Assembly (NCBI GenBank): GCA_964016885.1
Contig: OZ024752.1
Coordinates: 17,856,001-17,920,000 of the forward strand
From: Eledone cirrhosa
Taxonomy: Eukaryota
Direction of reading: 5' to 3'
DNA: 64,000 bases
Position numbers and translations under genes: made by a program. Below the pieces are notes generated by a model. The model was not told the DNA's origin and did no database searches. It saw only the letters and a program-made list of their open reading frames with translations. Below, piece after piece: positions 31,701-44,379 of the stretch (positions are counted from its first letter, which is position 1; every line of letters starts with the position of its first letter).

Positions 31701-33849
31701 CAACTCCACCATTCTAACTCCTTCTTATATGGTCTACAACTCCACCATTCTAACTCCTTCTTATATAGTGTACAACTCCACCATTCTAACTCCTTCTTAT
31801 ATGGTGTACAACTCCACCATTCTAACTCCTTCTTATATTGTCTACAACTCCACAATTCTAACTCCTTCTTATATGGTCTACAGCTCCACCATTCTAATTC
31901 CTTCTTATATGGTCTACAACTCCACCATTCTAATTCCTTCTTATATGGTGTACAACTCCACCATTCTAACTCCTTCATATATGGTCTACAACTCCACCAT
32001 TCTAACTCCTTCTTATATGGTCTACAACTCCACCATTCTAACTCTTTCTTATATGGTGTACAACTCCACCATTCTAACTCTTTCTTATATGGTCTACAAC
32101 TCCACCATTCTAACTCATTCTTATATAGTCTACAACTCCACCATTCTAACTCCTTCTTATATGGTCTACAACTCCACCATTCTAACTCCTTCTTATATGG
32201 TGTACAACTCCACCATTCTAACTCTTTCTTATATGGTCTACAACTCCACCATTCTAACTCATTCTTATATGGTCTACAACTCCACCATTCTAACTCATTC
32301 TTATATGGTCTACAACTCCACCATTCTAACTCCTTCTTATATGGTGTACAACTCCACCATTCTAACTCCTTCTTATATGGTCTACAACTCCACCATTCTA
32401 ACTCCTTCTTATATGGTCTACAACTCCACCATTCTAACTCCTTCTTATATGGTCTACAACTCCACCATTCTAATTCCTTCTTATATGGTCTACAACTCCA
32501 CCATTCTAACTCCTTCTTATATGGTCTACAACTCCACCATTCTAACTCCTTCTTATATAGTGTACAACTCCACCATTCTAACTCCTTCTTATATGGTGTA
32601 CAACTCCACCATTCTAACTCCTTCTTATATGGTCTACAACTCCACAATTCTAACTCCTTCTTATATGGTCTACAACTCCACCATTCTAATTCCTTCTTAT
32701 ATGGTCTACAACTCCACCATTCTAATTCCTTCTTATATGGTGTACAACTCCACCATTCTAACTCCTTCATATATGGTCTACAACTCCACCATTCTAACTC
32801 CGTCTTATATGGTGTACAACTCCACCATTCTAATTCCTTCTTATATGGTCTAAAACACCACCATTCTAATTCCTTCTTATATGGTCTACAACTCCACCAT
32901 TCTAACTCCTTCATATATGGTTTACAACTCCACCATTCTAACTCCTTCTTATATGGTCTACAACTCCACCATTCTAACTCTTCTTATATGGTGTACAACT
33001 CCACCATTCTAACTCCTTCTTATATGGTCTACAACTCCACCATTCTAAGTCCTTCTTATATGGTCTACAACTCCACCATTCTAACTCCTTCTTATATAGT
33101 GTACAACTCCACCGTTCTAACTCCTTCTTATATGGTGTACAACTCCACAATTCTAACTCCTTCTTATATGGTCTACAACTCCACAATTCTAACTCCTTCT
33201 TATATGGTCTACAACTCCACCATTCTAATTCCTTCTTATATGGTGTACAACTCCACCATTCTAACTCCTTCATATATGGTCTACAACTCCACCATTCTAA
33301 CTCCTTCTTATATGGTGTACAACTCCACCATTCTAATTGCTTCTTATATGGTCTACAACTCCACCATTCTAACTCTTTCTTATATGGTCTACAACTCCAC
33401 CATTCTAACTCCTTCTTATATTGTCTACAACTCCACCATTCTAACTCCTTCGTATATGGTCTACAACTCCACCATTCTAATTCCTTATATGGTCTACAAC
33501 TCCACCATTCTAACTCCGTCTTATATGGTGTACAACTCCACCATTCTAACTCTTTCTTATATGGTGTACAACTCCACCATTCTAACTCTTTCTTATATGG
33601 TCTACAACTCCACCATTCTAACTCATTCTTATATGGTCTACAACTCCACCATTCTAACTCCTTCTTATATGGTCTACAACTCCACCATTCTAACTCCTTC
33701 TTATATGGTGTACAACTCCACCATTCTAACTCCTTCTTATATGGTCTACAACTCCACCATTCTAACTCCTTCTTATATGGTCTACAACTCCACCATTCTA
33801 ACTCCTTCTTATATGGTCTACAACTCCACCATTCTAATTCCTTCTTATA

Positions 33850-36800
33850 TGGTCTACAACTCCACCATTCTAACTCCTTCTTATATGGTGTACAACTCCA
33901 CCATTCTAATTCCTTCTTATATGGTACAACTCCACCATTCTAACTCTTTCTTATATGGTCTACAACTCCACCATTCTAACTCCTTCGTATATGGTCTACA
34001 ACTCCACCATTCTAACTCCTTATATGGTCTACAACTCCACCATTCTAACTCCTTCTTATATGGTGTACAACTCCACCATTCTAACTCCTTCATATATGGT
34101 CTACAACTCCACCATTCTAACTCCTTCTTATATGGTGTACAACTCCACCATTCTAATTGCTTCTTATATGGTCTACAACTCCACCATTCTAACTCTTTCT
34201 TATATGGTCTACAACTCCACCATTCTAACTCCTTCTTATATGGTCTACAACTCCACCATTCTAACTCCTTCTTATATAGTGTACAACTCCACCATTCTAA
34301 CTCCTTCTTATATGGTGTACAACTCCACCATTCTAACTCCTTCTTATATTGTCTACAACTCCACAATTCTAACTCCTTCTTATATGGTCTACAACTCCAC
34401 CATTCTAATTCCTTCTTATATGGTCTACAACTCCACCATTCTAATTCCTTCTTATATGGTGTACAACTCCACCATTCTAACTCCTTCATATATGGTCTAC
34501 AACTCCACCATTCTAACTCCTTCTTATATGGTGTATAACTCCACCATTCTAATTCCTTCTTATATGGTCTACAACTCCACCATTCTAACTCTTTCTTATA
34601 TGGTCTACAACTCCACCATTCTAACTCCTTCTTATATGGTCTACAACTCCACCATTCTAACTCCTTCGTATATGGTCTACAACTCCACCATTCAAACTCC
34701 TTATATGGTCTACAACTCCACCATTCTAACTCCGTCTTATATGGTGTACAACTCCACCATTCTAATTCCTTCTTATATGGTCTACAACTCCACCATTCTA
34801 ACTCCTTCTTATATGGTCTACAACTCCACCATTCTAACTCCTTCATATATGGTCTACAACTCCACCATTCTAACTCCTTCTTATATGGTCTACAACTCCA
34901 CCATTCTAACTCTTTCTTATATGGTGTACAACTCCACCATTCTAACTCTTTCTTATATGGTCTACAACTCCACCATTCTAACTCATTCTTATATGGTCTA
35001 CAACTCCACCATTCTAACTCCTTCTTATATGGTCTACAACTCCACCATTCTAACTCCTTCTTATATGGTGTACAACTCCACCATTCTAACTCTTTCTTAT
35101 ATGGTCTACAACTCCACCATTCTAACTCATTCTTATATGGTCTACAACTCCACCATTCTAACTCCTTCTTATATGGTCTACAACTCCACCATTCTAACTC
35201 CTTCTTATATGGTGTACAACTCCACCATTCTAACTCCTTCTTATATGGTCTACAACTCCACCATTCTAACTCCTTCTTATATGGTCTACAACTCCACCAT
35301 TCTAACTCCTTCTTATATGGTCTACAACTCCACCATTCTAATTCCTTCTTATATGGTCTACAACTCCACCATTCTAACTCCTTCTTATATGGTCTACAAC
35401 TCCACCATTCTAACTCCTTCTTATATAGTGTACAACTCCACCATTCTAACTCCTTCTTATATGGTGTACAACTCCACCATTCTAACTCCTTCTTATATGG
35501 TCTACAACTCCACAATTCTAACTCCTTCTTATATGGTCTACAACTCCACCATTCTAATTCCTTCTTATATGGTCTACAACTCCACCATTCTAATTCCTTC
35601 TTATATGGTGTACAACTCCACCATTCTAACTCCTTCATATATGGTCTACAACTCCACCATTCTAACTCCTTATATGGTGTACAACTCCACCATTCTAATT
35701 CCTTCTTATATGGTCTACAACTCCACCATTCTAACTCTTTCTTATATGGTCCACAACTCCACCATTCTAACTCCTTCTTATATGGTCTACAACTCCACCA
35801 TTCTAACTCCTTCGTATATGGTCTACAACTCCACCATTCTAACTCCTTATATGGTCTACAACTCCACCATTCTAACTCCGTCTTATATGGTGTACAACTC
35901 CACCATTCTAATTCCTTCTTATATGGTCTACAACTCCACCATTCTAATTCCTTCTTATATGGTCTACAACTCCACCATTCTAACTCCTTCATATATGGTC
36001 TACAACTCCACCATTCTAACTCCTTCTTATATGGTCTACAACTCCACCATTCTAACTCATTCTTATATGGTCTACAACTCCACCATTCTAATTCCTTCTT
36101 ATATGGTGTACAACTCCACCATTCTAACTCTTCATATATGGTCTACAACTCCACCATTCTAACTCATTCTTATATGGTCTACAACTCCACCATTCTAACT
36201 CCTTCTTATATGGTCTACAACTCCACCATTCTAACTCCTTCTTATATGGTCTACAACTCCACCATTCTAACTCATTCTTATATAGTGTACAACTCCACCA
36301 TTCTAACTCCTTCTTATATGGTGTACAACTCCACCATTCTAACTCCTTCTTATATGGTCTACAACTCCACAATTCTAACTCCTTCTTATATGGTCTACAA
36401 CTCCACCATTCTAATTCCTTCTTATATGGTGTACAACTCCACCATTCTAACTCCTTCATATATGGTCTACAACTCCACCATTCTAACTCCTTCTTATATG
36501 GTCTACAACTCCACCATTCTAATTCCTTCTTATATGGTCTACAACTCCACCATTCTAACTCCTTCTTATATGGTCTACAACTCCACCATTCTAATTCCTT
36601 CTTATATGGTACAACTCCACCATTCTAACTCTTTCTTATATGGTCTACAACTCCACCATTCTAACTCCTTCGTATATGGTCTACAACTCCACCATTCTAA
36701 CTCCTTATATGGTCTACAACTCCACCATTCTAACTCCTTCTTATATGGTGTACAACTCCACCATTCTAACTCCTTCATATATGGTCTACAACTCCACCAT

Positions 36801-39100
36801 TCTAACTCCTTCTTATATGGTGTACAACTCCACCATTCTAATTGCTTCTTATATGGTCTACAACTCCACCATTCTAACTCTTTCTTATATGGTCTACAAC
36901 TCCACCATTCTAACTCCTTCTTATATGGTCTACAACTCCACCATTCTAACTCCTTCTTATATAGTGTACAACTCCACCATTCTAACTCCTTCTTATATGG
37001 TGTACAACTCCACCATTCTAACTCCTTCTTATATTGTCTACAACTCCACAATTCTAACTCCTTCTTATATGGTCTACAACTCCACCATTCTAATTCCTTC
37101 TTATATGGTCTACAACTCCACCATTCTAATTCCTTCTTATATGGTGTACAACTCCACCATTCTAACTCCTTCATATATGGTCTACAACTCCACCATTCTA
37201 ACTCCTTCTTATATGGTGTATAACTCCACCATTCTAATTCCTTCTTATATGGTCTACAACTCCACCATTCTAACTCTTTCTTATATGGTCTACAACTCCA
37301 ACATTCTAACTCCTTCTTATATGGTCTACAACTCCACCATTCTAACTCCTTCGTATATGGTCTACACTTCCACCATTCAAACTCCTTATATGGTCTACAA
37401 CTCCACCATTCTAACTCCGTCTTATATGGTGTACAACTCCACCATTCTAATTCCTTCTTATATGGTCTACAACTCCACCATTCTAACTCCTTCTTATATG
37501 GTCTACAACTCCACCATTCTAACTCCTTCATATATGGTCTACAACTCCACCATTCTAACTCCTTCTTATATGGTCTACAACTCCACCATTCTAACTCTTT
37601 CTTATATGGTGTACAACTCCACCATTCTAACTCTTTCTTATATGGTCTACAACTCCACCATTCTAACTCATTCTTATATGGTCTACAACTCCACCATTCT
37701 AACTCTTTCTTATATGGTCTACAACTCCACCATTCTAACTCATTCTTATATGGTCTACAACTCCACCATTCTAACTCCTTCTTATATGGTCTACAACTCC
37801 ACCATTCTAACTCCTTCTTATATGGTGTACAACTCCACCATTCTAACTCCTTCTTATATGGTCTACAACTCCACCATTCTAACTCCTTCTTATATGGTCT
37901 ACAACTCCACCATTCTAACTCCTTCTTATATGGTCTACAACTCCACCATTCTAATTCCTTCTTATATGGTCTACAACTCCACCATTCTAACTCCTTCTTA
38001 TATGGTCTACAACTCCACCATTCTAACTCCTTCTTATATAGTGTACAACTCCACCATTCTAACTCCTTCTTATATGGTGTACAACTCCACCATTCTAACT
38101 CCTTCTTATATGGTCTACAACTCCACAATTCTAACTCCTTCTTATATGGTCTACAACTCCACCATTCTAATTCCTTCTTATATGGTCTACAACTCCACCA
38201 TTCTAATTCCTTCTTATATGGTGTACAACTCCACCATTCTAACTCCTTCATATATGGTCTACAACTCCACCATTCTAACTCCTTATATGGTGTACAACTC
38301 CACCATTCTAATTCCTTCTTATATGGTCTACAACTCCACCATTCTAACTCTTTCTTATATGGTCCACAACTCCACCATTCTAACTCCTTCTTATATGGTC
38401 TACAACTCCACCATTCTAACTCCTTCGTATATGGTCTACAACTCCACCATTCTAACTCCTTATATGGTCTACAACTCCACCATTCTAACTCCGTCTTATA
38501 TGGTGTACAACTCCACCATTCTAATTCCTTCTTATATGGTCTACAACTCCACCATTCTAATTCCTTCTTATATGGTCTACAACTCCACCATTCTAACTCC
38601 TTCATATATGGTCTACAACTCCACCATTCTAACTCCTTCTTATATGGTCTACAACTCCACCATTCTAACTCATTCTTATATGGTCTACAACTCCACCATT
38701 CTAATTCCTTCTTATATGGTGTACAACTCCACCATTCTAACTCCTTCATATATGGTCTACAACTCCACCATTCTAACTCATTCTTATATGGTCTACAACT
38801 CCACCATTCTAACTCCTTCTTATATGGTCTACAACTCCACCATTCTAACTCCTTCTTATATGGTCTACAACTCCACCATTCTAACTCATTCTTATATAGT
38901 GTACAACTCCACCATTCTAACTCCTTCTTATATGGTGTACAACTCCACCATTCTAACTCCTTCTTATATGGTCTACAACTCCACAATTCTAACTCCTTCT
39001 TATATGGTCTACAACTCCACCATTCTAATTCCTTCTTATATGGTGTACAACTCCACCATTCTAACTCCTTCATATATGGTCTACAACTCCACCATTCTAA
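33850..39100. repeat. Tandem duplication, period 2685 bp shrinking to 2613 bp (two monomers fewer in the second copy)
   Basis: The 34-bp monomer (33917/36602) and GTGTATAA (34538/37223) give offset 2685. The rare GGTCCAC variant (35751/38364) gives offset 2613. Confidence 0.8.
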
Positions 39101-42100
39101 CTCCTTCTTATATGGTGTACAACTCCACCATTCTAATTGCTTCTTATATGGTCTACAACTCCACCATTCTAACTCTTTCTTATATGGTCTACAACTCCAC
39201 CATTCTAACTCCTTCTTATATGGTCTACAACTCCACCATCCTAACTCCTTCGTATATGGTCTACAACTCCACCATTCTAACTCCTTATATGGTCTACAAC
39301 TCCACCATTCTAACTCCGTCTTATATGGTGTACAACTCCACCATTCTAATTCCTTCTTATATGATCTACAACTCCACCATTCTAACTCCTTCATATATGG
39401 TCTACAACTCCACCATTCTAACTCCTTCTTATATGGTCTACAACTCCACCATTCTAACTCTTTCTTATATGGTGTACAACTCCACCATTCTAACTTTTTC
39501 TTATATGGTCTACAACTCCACCATTCTAACTCATTCTTATATGGTCTACAACTCCACCATTCTAACTCCTTGTTATATGGTCTACAAATCCACCATTCTA
39601 ACTCCTTCTTATATGGTGTACAACTCCACCATTCTAACTCCTTCTTATATGGTCTACAACTCCACCATTCTAACTCCTTCTTATATGGTCTACAACTCCA
39701 CCATTCTAACTCATTCTTATATGGTCTACAGCTCCACCATTCTAATTCCTTCTTATATGGTCTACAACTCCACCATTCTAACTCCTTCTTATATGGTCTA
39801 CAACTCCACCATTCTAATTCCTTCTTATATGGTCTACAACTCCACCATTCTAACTCTTTCTTATAAGGTCTACAACTCCACCATTCTAACTCCTTCGTAT
39901 ATGGTCTACAACTCCACCATTCTAACTCCTTATATGGTCTACAACTCCACCATTCTAACTCCTTCTTATATGGTGTACAACTCCACCATTCTAACTCCTT
40001 CATATATGGTCTACAACTCCACCATTCTAACTCCTTCTTATATGGTGTACAACTCCACCATTCTAATTGCTTCTTATATGGTCTACAACTCCACCATTCT
40101 AACTCTTTCTTATATGGTCTACAACTCCACCATTCTAACTCCTTCTTATATGGTGTACAACTCCACCATTCTAACTCCTTCTTATATGGTCTACAACTCC
40201 ACAATTCTAACTCCTTCTTATATGGTCTACAACTCCACCATTCTAATTCCTTCTTATATGGTCTACAACTCCACCATTCTAATTCCTTCTTATATGGTGT
40301 ACAACTCCACCATTCTAACTCCTTCATATATGGTCTACAACTCCACCATTCTAACTCCTTCTTATATGGTGTACAACTCCACCATTCTAATTCCTTCTTA
40401 TATGGTCTACAACTCCACCATTCTAACTCTTTCTTATATGGTCTACAACTCCACCATTCTAACTCCTTCTTATATGGTCTACAACTCCACCATTCTAACT
40501 CCTTCGTATATGGTCTACAACTCCACCATTCTAACTCCTTATATGGTCTACAACTCCACCATTCTAACTCCGTCTTATATGGTGTACAACTCCACCATTC
40601 TAATTCCTTCTTATATGGTCTACAACTCCACCATTCTAATTCCTTCTTATATGGTCTACAACTCCACCATTCTAACTCCTTCATATATGGTCTACAACTC
40701 CACCATTCTAACTCCTTCTTATATGGTCTACAACTCCACCATTCTAACTCTTTCTTATATGGTGTACAACTCCACCATTCTAACTCTTTCTTATATGGTC
40801 TACAACTCCACCATTCTAACTCATTCTTATATGGTCTACAACTCCACCATTCTAACTCCTTCTTATATGGTGTACAACTCCACCATTCTAATTGCTTCTT
40901 ATATGGTCTACAACTCCACCATTCTAACTCTTTCTTATATGGTCTACAACTCCACCATTCTAACTCCTTCTTATATGGTCTACAACTCCACCATTCTAAC
41001 TCCTTCGTATATGGTCTACAACTCCACCATTCTAACTCCTTATATGGTGTACAACTCCACCATTCTAACTCCGTCTTATATGGTGTACAACTCCACCATT
41101 CTAATTCCTTCTTATATGATCTACAACTCCACCATTCTAACTCCTTCATATATGGTCTACAACTCCACCATTCTAACTCCTTCTTATATGGTCTACAACT
41201 CCACCATTCTAACTCTTTCTTATATGGTCTACAACTCCACCATTCTAACTCTTTCTTATATGGTCTAAAACTCCACCATTCTAACTCATTCTTATATGGT
41301 CTACAACTCCACCATTCTAACTCCTTCTTATATGGTCTACAACTCCACCATTCTAACTCCTTCTTATATGGTGTACAACTCCACCATTCTAACTCCTTCT
41401 TATATGGTCTACAACTCCACCATTCTAACTCCTTCTGATATGGTCTACAACTCAACCATTCTAACTCCCTCTTATATAGTCTACAACTCCACCATTCTAA
41501 TTCCTTCTTATATGGTCTACAACTCCACCATTCTAACTCCTTCTTATATGGTGTACAACTCCACCATTCTAACTCCTTCTTATATGGTGTACAACTCCAC
41601 CATTCTAATTCCTTCTTATATGGTCTACAACTCCACCATTCTAACTCTTTCTTATATGGTCTACAACTCCACCATTCTAACTCCTTCTTATATGGTCTAC
41701 AACTCCACCATTCTAACTCCTTCGTATATGGTCTACAACTCCACCATTCTAACTCCTTATATGGTCTACAACTCCACCATTCTAACTCCGTCTTATATGG
41801 TGTACAACTCCACCATTCTAATTCCTTCTTATATGGTCTACAACTCCACCATTCTAATTCCTTCTTATATGGTCTACAACTCCACCATTCTAACTCCTTC
41901 ATATATGGTCTACAACTCCACCATTCTAACTCCTTCTTATATGGTCTACAACTCCACCATTCTAACTCTTTCTTATATGGTGTACAACTCCACCATTCTA
42001 ACTCTTTCTTATATGGTCAACAACTCCACCATTCTAATTCCTTCTTATATGGTGTACAACTCCACCATTCTAACTCCTTCATATATGGTCTACAACTCCA

Positions 42101-44379
42101 CCATTCTAACTCCTTCTTATATGGTGTACAACTCCACCATTCTAATTGCTTCTTATATGGTGTACAACTCCACCATTCTAAATCCTTCATATATGGTCTA
42201 CAACTCCACCATTCTAACTCCTTCTTATATGGTGTACAACTCCACCATTCTAATTGCTTCTTATATGGTCTACAACTCCACCATTCTAACTCTTTCTTAT
42301 ATGGTCTACAACTCCACCATTCTAACTCCTTCTTATATGGTCTACAACTCCACCATTCTAACTCCTTCGTTTATGGTCTACAACTCCACCATTCTAACTC
42401 CTTCTTATATGGTCTACAACTCCACCATTCTAACTCCTTCTTATATGGTCTACAACTCCACCATTCTAACTCATTCTTATATAGTGTACAACTCCACCAT
42501 TCTAACTCCTTCTTATATGGTGTACAACTCCACCATTCTAACTCCTTCTTATATGGTCTACAACTCCACAATTCTAACTCCTTCTTATATGGTCTACAAC
42601 TCCACCATTCTAATTCCTTCTTATATGGTGTACAACTCCACCATTCTAACTCCTTCATATATGGTCTACAACTCCACCATTCTAACTCCTTCTTATATGG
42701 TGTACAACTCCACCATTCTAATTGCTTCTTATATGGTCTACAACTCCACCATTCTAACTCTTTCTTATATGGTCTACAACTCCACCATTCTAACTCCTTC
42801 TTATATGGTCTACAACTCCACCATCCTAACTCCTTCGTATATGGTCTACAACTCCACCATTCTAACTCCTTATATGGTCTACAACTCCACCATTCTAACT
42901 CCGTCTTATATGGTGTACAACTCCACCATTCTAATTCCTTCTTATATGGTCTACAACTCCACCATTCTAACTCCTTCATATATGGTCTACAACTCCACCA
43001 TTCTAACTCCTTCTTATATGGTCTACAACTCCACCATTCTAACTCTTTCTTATATGGTGTACAACTCCACCATTCTAACTTTTTCTTATATGGTCTACAA
43101 CTCCACCATTCTAACTCATTCTTATATGGTCTACAACTCCACCATTCTAACTCCTTCTTATATGGTCTACAACTCCACCATTCTAACTCCTTCTTATATG
43201 GTGTACAACTCCACCATTCTAACTCCTTCTTATATGGTCTACAACTCCACCATTCTAACTCCTTCTTATATGGTCTACAACTCCGCCATTCTAACTCCTT
43301 CTTATATGGTCTACAGCTCCACCATTCTAATTCCTTCTTATATGGTCTACAACTCCACCATTCTAACTCCTTCTTATATGGTCTACAACTCCACCATTCT
43401 AATTCCTTCTTATATGGTCTACAACTCCACCATTCTAACTCTTTCTTATATGGTCTACAACTCCACCATTCTAACTCCTTCGTATATGGTCTACAACTCC
43501 ACCATTCTAACTCCTTATATGGTCTACAACTCCACCATTCTAACTCCTTCTTATATGGTGTACAACACCACCATTCTAACTCCTTCATATATGGTCTACA
43601 ACTCCACCATTCTAATTCCTTCTTATATGGTGTACAACTCCACCATTCTAACTCCTTCATATATGGTCTACAACTCCACCATTCTAACTCCTTCTTATAT
43701 GGTGTACAACTCCACCATTCTAATTCCTTCTTATATGGTCTACAACTCCACCATTCTAACTCTTTCTTATATGGTCTACAACTCCACCATTCTAACTCCT
43801 TCTTATATGGTCTACAACTCCACCATTCTAACTCCTTCGTATATGGTCTACAACTCCACCATTCTAACTCCTTATATGGTCTACAACTCCACCATTCTAA
43901 CTCCGTCTTATATGGTGTACAACTCCACCATTCTAATTCCTTCTTATATGGTCTACAACTCCACCATTCTAATTCCTTCTTATATGGTCTACAACTCCAC
44001 CATTCTAACTCCTTCATATATGGTCTACAACTCCCCCATTCTAACTCCTTCTTATATGGTCTACAACTCCACCATTCTAACTCTTTCTTATATGGTGTAC
44101 AACTCCACCATTCTAACTCTTTCTTATATGGTCTACAACTCCACCATTCTAACTCATTCTTATATGGTCTACAACTCCACCATTCTAACTCCTTCTTATA
44201 TGGTGTACAACTCCACCATTCTAATTGCTTCTTATATGGTCTTCAACTCCACCATTCTAACTCTTTCTTATATGGTCTACAACTCCACCATTCTAACTCC
44301 TTCTTATATGGTCTACAACTCCACCATTCTAACTCCTTCGTATATGGTCTACAACTCCACCATTCTAACTCCTTATATG

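Larger units (their letters stand above)
1..36650. repeat. Left sub-family domain of the array (34-bp monomers; TAAAACACC / GGTTTA / AAGTCC / ACCGTT cassette)
   Basis: The 34-bp monomer (TATGGTACAACT) occurs at ~671, 3391, 12663, 15174, 16606, 20445, 22128, 23311, 24743, 26429, 27861, 29544, 33921 and 36606, and I did not see it afterwards. The ACCGTT variant was seen only between ~2580 and ~33115. Confidence 0.8.
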
